Source of the DNA: Cycas panzhihuaensis
Taxonomy: Eukaryota; Plantae; Cycadophyta
Assembly: GCA_023213395.1 (NCBI GenBank)
Contig: CM041465.1
Coordinates: forward strand, 164,927,741-164,991,740
DNA: 64,000 bases
Direction: 5' to 3'
Below are positions 55,832 through 64,000 of the stretch, one piece after another. Below the pieces are notes generated by a model. It did no database searches, was not told the DNA's origin, and saw only the letters and a program-made list of their open reading frames with translations. The position numbers were made by a program, and so were the translations under genes. Each line of letters begins with the position of its first letter. Within the stretch, counting starts at the first letter, position 1.

Positions 55832-57259
55832 ATGGAGTTAAGTGAGGTCATTACCTTTGTGCCAGAAAAGAATGAACATTGAGTAATAGACACCAACATA
55901 GTTTTGCCTAAATATGTTCGAGTCAATTTTCGAATTTGGAAAATTCAAATGGAATGTGTTTTTAGAATAAAAGGATTATGGAACATTGTTCTTAGAAGAG
56001 TTTTAATTAATGAAGAAGGGGAGGTAACCTTTAAAAAGAAAATTAGGGTAGTCGTTGATGCAATGGCTGCAGCTTTCAACAAGGAGAACCTTCATCCTTC
56101 ATACCACTTCCTTGTCTAAACTCTTCAAAATATTGACTCAGCTGAAGACGCCTGGAATCTGCTAGTAGAAGTATATGAAAAGGGTCCTGAAGAAGTGCAA
56201 AAGAGTATCAGAAGTATAAGGAACCAAAGGAAGAAGCTGAAGAGGAAAGCCAAAAATCAGCTTGATTTTGGAAAGCCCACATCTGGGGTTGTTGGAAGAG
56301 TGAAAGTTGAAGAACCTAAACCCCAACTCTTACAAGTAATTCTTCATGGAGACACATGCACCCTAACAGAAGATATGAGCAACATTGTCCTAGTTTATGT
56401 TGACAGATTGGTAGCCAGGATTCAAATGATGTCAGGACATACAGTGATATGCATGTATTGGAGACTATTTATAATTCCTCTCAACTTAGTCACATCTTCT
56501 ATTTTCATCTTTGAAAGAATCAAAATTGTGACAGCATATTCTACAGCAACTCTAAAAAGTTCCTTTAAAGAAAAAAAGAACATAGGCAAAATACTATATG
56601 ATCAAAATCTTGTCAATCAAGGTCATCGTATGTTTTGGGTAGGTTACTTAATCATGAAGTTCAATCATGTCAAAATAATGTTCCATCCTTGTATAACCTT
56701 AATCAGGAAATGTGTGCATGTAATCATTATAGAAATCCCCATCATACATGGTACAAAGAATTTTTTGGATAATATGGAGAAAATAAGACATCTTGCTAGT
56801 TTTGCACACGCATCTGAACAAGTAAAGTTAGGAAAAGGATCACTGACACTCCTTTCCTTTCAACGGGGTGATCATTGGCTCAAGAAGTCAATCATCCTAG
56901 CAGACTTGACGACAAATAAGGAGGAATCTACTCGCTTCATGGAATCGAAATCACATGTAATCATATTTGATCCAGGAAGACCACGCCTTCACTAGGAACA
57001 CACAGGAAGATTCGTCAAACAGGAAACAGGAAGTAACATAGCAGACAAGACATACAAGTTTTACAGCATTTTAGTTGAAGACAAGGCTTATGACATCATC
57101 TTCAGAAAAATTCCAAGACTTAGGAAATGGAAATTCAAACAACACTTCAAAGTCAAGTCCTATGTCAGTTTGTGTTAGTTTTGTCAGTCCTTAGCACTAG
57201 GTGCCATGTTGTCCTCAGTTTTTGTAGTCTCAACATTAAACATTAAGGGGAGGTGTTAG
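55832..57259 (+). pseudogene. Element B single ORF (476 codons, 4 internal stops, no frameshift): gag N-terminus, module X, RNase H-like tail
   Basis: MELSEVITFVPEKNEH*..NFRIWKIQMECVFRIKGLWNIV..SAEDAWNLL; module X; EDKAYDIIFRKIPRLRKWKFK; ends LNIKGRC* across the PPT/LTR junction, like Copia pol. Confidence 0.82.
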
Positions 57260-58260
57260 AATATAATGTTTAATGTATATGTGTCTAAGTGTCTTAGAGT
57301 CAATAGTCATAGTCCTAAGTATTAAGGTCTAGGAATCATACCTTATAATAATATTGTGTAGAAAGTTAGAAGGTCATTAGTTGATAAAGTGTCATTGGTT
57401 AAGTTAAAGGCAATTGTCCCACATGCATTACTTCTCTTGTATGTCCTCCCACCTATTTTGTATATAAAGGTGGTCGAGGTAGTGCATAGAAACAAGTCAT
57501 CATTGGGAGTCTTGTTGAGTCTATGGTGCATTAATGTTCTGATATAATCTGTTTGTGTTATGTTAATGCAAACATTGCTGTGTTCATTGATATTGTTGGA
57601 GTTGCTTTCCATGTTAAAATCTAACAACAGAGTGGCGGCCATCGAAGAGTCTTTGGTTTTCTACGGAGGAAAGAAGTTGACGTCATTGAGAGGTTCTGAT
57701 ATGGATTTAGATTCAAGCATCTTCAGATCTTAGCGTGCACAAGAATACTAGAATAGGAGGAGGAAAGAACTTCTCTCTTCATTGATTTCTTGAAGAAATG
57801 ACTTACGTATTTATACAATCTTGAGTTGGTTATATGTAGGACACATGCGTGTTCCATATAGGACGTGTCACCTATGTACCTAATTACTAATTAGGTTCCT
57901 TAAGTATCTTTAAAATGATACTTAAAGAGTATTAAGACTAAGATTACATATGACTATGCATAAATACTTATCATTTCCTCCCTGCTTAAGAAGAAATTGG
58001 CCCCAATTTCTACTAAAGATGGAGACATATTCTTGGATAGTTGCTTCAAAGTCTTTTTGATGCTTGGTTCGCCGTTGTCGTAAATGGTGTTTGTTGAACT
58101 GGAAAATCTAGAATGGTATAAAGATGAGCAACAAGTACATCAAAGGTAAGGTGGCCCAAATCACTTGAGTTGACTGTTGCGACCAGCTTGAAAAGAAAGC
58201 TGTGAAGTGAAGTTGATGTTGAATTTGTCGTGAGCATCCTGTCATGATTTGTTTATACAG

Positions 58261-58665
58261 GGTATGCCTGCCTATGGAGAGGGCTCATGGCAATATGCCC
58301 ATAAAAGAAAACTATAGAGTATGCCTGCCTAAGGAGAGGGCTTATGGCAATATATCCGTTGTACAAGAATTGCATAGGGTTTGTCTGCCTAATGAAAGGG
58401 CCTATGACAAAAATGGTATGAGGTATGTCTGCCTAGTGAGAGGGCTTATGACAAGTATGGGGTATGTCTGCCTAATGAGAGGGCTTATGGCAATATGCCC
58501 CAAATTAATGCTGAAGGGGATATATCCTTGACTACCAATGAAGGAGTGTAAGGGACATGTCTGCCTAGAGAGAGGGCTTATGACAATATTCCCGTAGTAA
58601 AATAAATACATCTACCAATGTTTGAGACATGCCTGCCTAGAGAGAGGTCTTATGGCAATGTGCTT
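58261..58665. repeat. Array of 7 copies of a ~35-bp motif with variable spacers in the 3' region of element C
   Basis: GYATGYCTGCCTANNGAGAGGGCTTATGRCAA at ~58261, 58319, 58378, 58422, 58461, 58554 and 58626. Confidence 0.9.
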
Positions 58666-58896
58666 TAGAAGGTAGTCTGAAGATATATCAGAGGTTCTTT
58701 GTTGAAGGCGGTGATATTGTTGTGTCGTGGTCATGCTTGTTGTTGGATTGCATGTATTTGCAAATGTTAACTTTCAGTATGCTAGGATCATGCCGCAGAT
58801 GTAGGAGCAACAGTTGATGTACCTAAGGCTAAGAAACTAGCAACCGCTCATACAACACTTGCTATGAAGCAAGTAATGGTCCGAAATGACTTCTTT

Positions 58897-59301
58897 GTTG
58901 TGTGAAGGTCTTTGCTTGGTCCCTGAGGATCCATGGTAATATAGAGCTAGGAGAACATGTGGCGTAACACTTTCTTGAGTTAGATTCAAAAAGTGTTGCA
59001 TGTTACGCATCGGTGTCAAACATATATGCACGGTCGAGGCGTAATAATGTACAAAAGGTGCAAGAATGAAAGTCAGGAAGGTGAAATAGAATCCATGATG
59101 CAGTTGGACTGACGTCAATAACAAGGTGTATACCTTCCTCGTAGGACAAATCACACCCACAAACACATAAAATCTATGTAGAGTTGAAGAGATTGTCCTG
59201 GCAAATGAAGGAAGCAGGGTATGTACCCAACACAAACCTAGTGTTGCATGATCTGGAGGAGGAGCAAAAGGAACATATGATTTTCCACCATTGTGAGAAG
59301 A
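58897..59301 (+). pseudogene. Captured PLS-class PPR E/E+/DYW-start fragment, antisense to element C
   Basis: V*RSLLG..RIHGNIELGEHVA, SNIYA, CSWTDVNNKVYTFLVG.KSHPQ..IY.ELKRL..QMKEAGYVPNT..VLHDLEEEQKE...HCEK. Confidence 0.92.
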
Positions 59302-60120
59302 TCCAGAAGGACAACCTCATAGTCAGATATCGTCTCCTCTTGTCATGGATTTCCATCTCTACTCATTTTTTGGAGGTACGTAACCAAAGATTCCCGCAAT
59401 ATCAATGCTGACATGGGTTTCTGGCGCTTATCGGATCGTCGGGGCCAAAATCAACCACCCTTAGCTCAAAGTCTTGGTCAAGGAGAATATTGTTGGCCTT
59501 CATGTCTTTGTGAATAATGTGAGGGATGGAGTTGTAGTGTAAGAACGCCAATGCCTAAGCGGCACCCTGTGCAATTCTAAAACGTTTTGGCCAGTCCACG
59601 ACTTCTAGTACATCGGCTCTGTTGCACAGCCACTGGTCTAAGCTTCATAACTCAGTAACTTTTCTTCACCAAAGGAACCTGTAGATTCATTTTCCCTAGA
59701 GTTTCCATCTCTGAAAATTTCTCTGTTTCCCTACACGTGGAACTGCCCAAGTTTCTTCACTGCAACGACTCTTCCGTCGGGTAGGACCACCTTGTATCTG
59801 CTCAATCCCCATCCCCAATGATGTTCGTTTTACAGAAACTGTTGGTGGCCTTGAGAATGTCAGCCAACGTGAGGCGTAAAAGAGGTCTCTGGAATGTGGC
59901 CATATTGATGCTCAGGGGCTCTTTGATACTGCTTCCCACCATTAATTCAAACCGATTGTTGCCAGTATTATTGCTACATTTTTCTGAAATTTTGGAGAAA
60001 TAATCTCACCTAGCCACCTTCCATCACATCAAAAAAATGATGAGCGCAAAAAAACATCTATGTGCTTCCAACCAAAATAGTGAGAAGGGTCCCCAAGTTG
60101 AGGAAGATAATCCTTCAGTA
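59300..60120 (-). pseudogene. EMS1: Captured EMS1/EXS-like LRR receptor kinase fragment (TM, juxtamembrane, kinase up to ~subdomain IX) with microdeletions
   Basis: [105 protein letters not shown]. Confidence 0.85.
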
Positions 60121-60169
60121 ATCCTCCCCACTACGCAATGAACTGGTTGTGGAGGAAATATTGTTGTAG

Positions 60170-60302
60170 TCGTTGAGGCGATTGTTTGACAGACTGAGAA
60201 ATTCCAGCTTCACATTACAGAGCGCCCATGGGATCTCTCCTGTGAGATGATTCTCAGAAAGATCGAGGAAGGATAAGATAGAGAGATTGGTCAGTCCCTC
60301 TT
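60170..60302 (-). pseudogene. Captured LRR fragment of a receptor-like kinase (possibly HAESA-like)
   Basis: GLTNLSILSFLDLSENHLTGEIPWALCNVKLEFLSLSNNRL fits the plant extracellular LRR consensus. Confidence 0.75.
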
Positions 60303-61609
60303 TAACTTAAATTCCACGATCGGAGGAACATAAGAGGTGCAGTACTCCTTAGTGTAAGGATCGTCTTTGGTATAATATTCCAGCGTCATTGGTGCATTCT
60401 CAGCTTCATCCTCGTCAAAGATGGTGTAAGATTGAAATTTAGAGATGCTACATTTCTCTTCATCCCCTTCGTTGGGAACCCTATATATCCTTATGTAGGG
60501 CTCCTAGTGCTAGCACTCGAACTGATAACCGGGCCCGTACTCAGACTCATCTTCGCACGTCTCTTTAGTTGTGTAGCCGACCAAGAACATTCTGTTCATG
60601 AATGTTTGGCTTAGTTCTAGGGGTAGGCCGGAGGACTTGACCATAGAGGGCTCTTCTTTTGCATTTAGGAACCGAAAGACCTCCTGATAATATGTGTCAT
60701 GGTGCCATTGTCTTCCTCGCATTCAAAATCAAGTAGCAGTGTGCTTCTGTATCACTCCCACAAAGCATCGATGGATAAAAGACACTCTAAAACTGCACTG
60801 AGAAAACACGTTCCTTCACGATTCCTTATGCCTTTTACAGTATAATAGTATTTAGGTCCGTGAGCAGATGGACCCTTTAACCACCCGGGCGCCTGTAAGG
60901 CTTCAAGTTTGGCCCTTAATAGGGCTTGACTTGTGTAGAAATAATTCTCATAGAAATCGGCTAGCCTAGAGGACTTAAATCTACATCATCGAACGCTAAA
61001 TTATCCTCACTGGAGGCCTCGCCTTTTTTCTTTATCCAAATTTAAATTTAAAAAATTCGGCAAAGTTCTGCGAAAAGAACATCATATTTTCTTTACTCTC
61101 TTCTTTTGCAATCCCTCAAGCACTTCTCCACGGGCTCTATGCACTTGCAAAACAGATCCATGTTCAGCTCCTCAAACTACGTACAAGTTATCATGGAATA
61201 GAAGAAGAAAAATTTTTAGCAAAAGTTAAGGAGTGAATGAAGAGAGAGAAAAATATTAATGCTAAGATCCTTAGAGACCGACTAGGCTATGATACCAATT
61301 GATCTGGATTTAGATTCAAGCATCTTCAGATCTTAGAGTGCACAAGAATACTAGAATAGGAGGAGGAAAGAACTTCTCTCTTCATTGATTTCTTAAAGAA
61401 ATGACTTACGTATTTATACAATCTTAAGTTGGTTATATGTAGGACACATGCGTGTTCCATGTAGGACATGTGTCACCTGTGTACCTAATTACTAATTAGG
61501 TTCCTTAAGTATCTTTAAAATGATACTTAAAGAGTATTAAGACTAAGATTACATATGACTATACATAAATACTTATCAGGCTCTTGCTGGAAACAAGGAG
61601 AGATTCAAA

Positions 61610-61840
61610 CGCAAAATTGGTAGTGGCTCCTTGGGCGTTGAAGCTGATTATAATGTCCTTGTGATGGACTTACTGGAACTGAGTCTTGAAGATCTCTTTA
61701 ACTTCTGCAGTCAAAAATTTTCCCTAAAGACCATTCTCATGCTTACAGATCAGATGATAAACAGGGTTGAGTATTTGCATTCAAAGAGCTTTCTTCATAG
61801 GGACATCAAACCTGATAATTTTCTAACGGGTCTTGGTAGG
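61610..61840 (+). pseudogene. CK1: Captured, intronless casein kinase 1 fragment, antisense to element A
   Basis: RKIGSGS(L)[69 protein letters not shown]. Confidence 0.93.
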
Positions 61841-63435
61841 TGGAACAGACCGAATATATACTCAAAATGTACCAATTAAATGGAAGAACGGATCTCAACG
61901 TGGTTAAATCGACACGAACCCCCTCCTCTTATTATAGGATTAACAAACAACAAATTCAGGATTTCTGCTTTACAAAGGTGCAGGTTTCCAGTCCCAACCT
62001 TACGCAACCTATCCTCTTAAGAGCCTCCACATGACCTCTACAGGTTTCATAGTCTATGATGGGCTCTTTACACAACTGTTTTTTTTTGTCATTGAGTAAA
62101 CGATGGGCAAATTTCCTTTCTTTATGAGCAGATAATATCGTGTGGCAAAATTTTTCAGAAATAATTCACTCCAATTCCAATAATATTTCCAATACAAATC
62201 CTAACAAGAATTTGTGGGAACAAAAACAACACCTCAACTAGAATTTTAGATTCATGGAAATAATTTCAGGTTATCACCAATCAATTAATTTTTATAGAGT
62301 AAACCCTGTCACACAACTTTCTATCCGAAGCAAAGCAAAGAAACAATGTTACCCAATGAAAGATCTGCATTGTATCAACCACGGTCACGACTATCATAAC
62401 TTGCAACAACAATGGCCTTGAAGTTTCACCCTCTACAAACATAACCACAAACTGGCAAACGGCTCTATGAAGCGACCTCCACAGTTATCAATAACTTGGT
62501 GAACCTGCACAACAATGAACTTGACAAGCAACCTACTTTGATACCATGTTGAAATATTCAAAGGAGATCATTCAAGATTCAAGAACAATGAAACAAAATT
62601 CATGGACATAATATGATAGCATTAACTCATAATGAAAGTGATTACATCACAATGTCTTCACAACAATAATATCATAATGGACTCCATCTTGACTCACTGT
62701 GAATTACTCTACCTCAACCACTTATTTATACATCATAAGGGAGAGAGTAGTAAGACTTGTGTTACATGTGGGACAAATAACCTCCAATACAACCAATGAC
62801 ATATAACCTATTTATTGACCAATAACCTAATGACCACTTAATTGCACAAATGTGCATTACATACTTAGACACTTACACATTAAACATTATCTTCCAATAG
62901 TTTGGAACATAACACCAGAGGAAACCTAATCAAGTGGAAAGCCTACAATGAGCCATCTGAATATCTTTGGGTGCATTGCATACATGCACATTCCAAAGGA
63001 TAAAAGACAAAATTTTGATGATAAAAGTTCCAAGGGTATTTTGGTCAAGTATAGTGAAGAAGGCAAAGCATACTAGGTATTCAAGTTGAAAACCAAAATG
63101 TTTCATACGACTCGAGACGCCGTCTTTGAAGAAGGTAATAAGGAAACAAAGTTGGGCTCTTTATAGATGTGGTAGGACAAAGGGGAGCATATCAAGGAGA
63201 AACTAGTGTCAAGTTCTTCAAGGGAAGTTGTCATGCTAGAAACTTAGCCAAAGCCAACCAATACGTTGACTGAAGCTAATGATGAGAAGGAGTATGAAGA
63301 TGTTCAGCTTGAAGAATAGCAGCCTATGGTTGAAGTACTAGTAAAAAAACTACCAAAATGATGTTTGGAGACCATCATTAAGGCTTAGTTACCTGAGACT
63401 GAAGGAAAAGGAAAGTCGAAGATGAGACCTTATTC

Positions 63436-64000
63436 AATCCCCTTAGATACCTAAGAATCCTCTTTGCAGCTTTCCAATATCTGATCCTGGGATCCTGCAT
63501 ATATCTTGAAATTAGACTTACAGCATATGAAATGTCGGGTCTAGTTGCTGTGAGATATATGAGACTACCAATTAACTGCCTGTAGAGAGTTCCATCAACA
63601 CATTGTTCATTTTTACCTGGAGTGAGATCACAACCCACTTCCATAGACATGACGCAAGGATTACTTTCTTCCATTTTAAATTTTAATAGCAAGTTTTTGA
63701 TGTATCTGTTTTGAGACAAGAAAACTGAGTCCTTTTCTTGTCCTATCTCTATTCCCAAATAGTAGTTCAATAACCTTAAATCAATCATTTCAAAACCCCT
63801 TTTTAATTGAGCTCTTATATTTTCAATTGATTCAGTATCGCTACCAGTGATAATCATATCATCAATATAAACAGTGATGATTATAATCAAACCTTGTCTC
63901 CTTTTGGTTTATAAGCTGGAATCCGAACTACACCTGCAGAATCCATTCTGGATGAGGTATTTATCCAACTTAGCATACCAAGCTCTAGGGGCTTGTTTTA
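63436..64000 (-). mobile_element. Copia RT fragment, same family as 27259-32491, truncated against F
   Basis: YIDD and TRPDISYAVS motifs; near-identical protein to 27925-28480; no LTR at the junction. Confidence 0.88.

Larger units (their letters stand above)
53382..57626 (+). mobile_element. Element B: non-autonomous Copia-derived LTR element (LTRs 53382-53758 and 57254-57626) with host cargo, nested in A
   Basis: Paired ~375-bp LTRs, PBS TGGTATCAGAGCAG, PPT AAGGGGAGG, TSD ACTGA/ACAGA. No PR/INT/RT. Confidence 0.93.
57697..61578 (-). mobile_element. Element C: small non-autonomous LTR element, probably Gypsy-derived (LTRs 57697-57973 and 61300-61578), with host cargo, nested in A
   Basis: Paired ~278-bp LTRs TGAT...TATCA, PBS reverse complement GGCTATGATACCAAT, PPT reverse complement TTTCCTCCCTGC, TSD GGTTC/GGCTC. 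No recognisable pol. Confidence 0.92.
51099..62899 (-). mobile_element. Element A: non-autonomous Copia-derived LTR element (LTRs 51099-51453 and 62547-62899) with host cargo and two nested elements
   Basis: Paired ~354-bp LTRs, PBS reverse complement CTACTTTGATACCA, PPT reverse complement CCTTCCCATAATG, TSD GTCTG/GTTTG in the F integrase. No PR/INT/RT. Confidence 0.92.
41413..63435 (+). mobile_element. Copia F: 5' LTR 41413-41748, PBS, gag-PR-INT; host of several nested insertions; 3' end lost
   Basis: LTR plus TGGTATTAGAGC. Gag NYGNWKHQMKSLL at ~42950. Integrase pieces at 44670-44719, 50801-51098 and 62905-63370 rejoin once the inserts are removed. Confidence 0.8.

Noticed and set aside
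58244-58611. Repetitive ORFs (RVCLP.ERA)
   Set aside because: By-product of the DNA repeat array; no support as a protein.
58261-58665. CRISPR array
   Set aside because: Eukaryotic LTR context, no cas genes, degenerate repeats and highly unequal spacers.
60330-60722. Element C ORF fused in frame to the LRR cargo
   Set aside because: It contains stops and is out of frame with the LRR at ~60300; its identity is unresolved.
58897-61840. Functional PPR, EMS1 or CK1 genes
   Set aside because: Partial, with stops, frameshifts or deletions, and enclosed by LTR pairs.

Overview
Plant nuclear DNA, most likely from a large-genome seed plant such as a gymnosperm (inferred, not proven). It consists almost entirely of nested, degenerate Ty1/Copia and Ty3/Gypsy LTR retrotransposons. 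The only intact host feature found is a 189-bp minus-strand exon (39152-39340) of an IBR3/ACAD10-11-type acyl-CoA dehydrogenase, so the window is probably two giant TE-filled introns. Main signal 1: three related non-autonomous Copia-derived elements (D, window start-1345; A, 51099-62899; B, 53382-57626). In A and B one reading frame fuses a gag N-terminus, a variable novel module and a diverged RNase H tail; D shows the module and tail, with its 5' part outside the window. One module (~150 aa) is conserved and stop-free between two copies. Main signal 2: four LTR elements (A, B, C at 57697-61578, H at 13067-33988) carry host gene fragments between their LTRs: casein kinase 1, subtilase, EB1, an EMS1-like LRR-RLK, a second LRR-RLK, PPR-E/DYW and a P-class PPR. 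This resembles a 'Pack-LTR' transduplication system. All family assignments are from manual translation and recalled motifs; no database searches were run.
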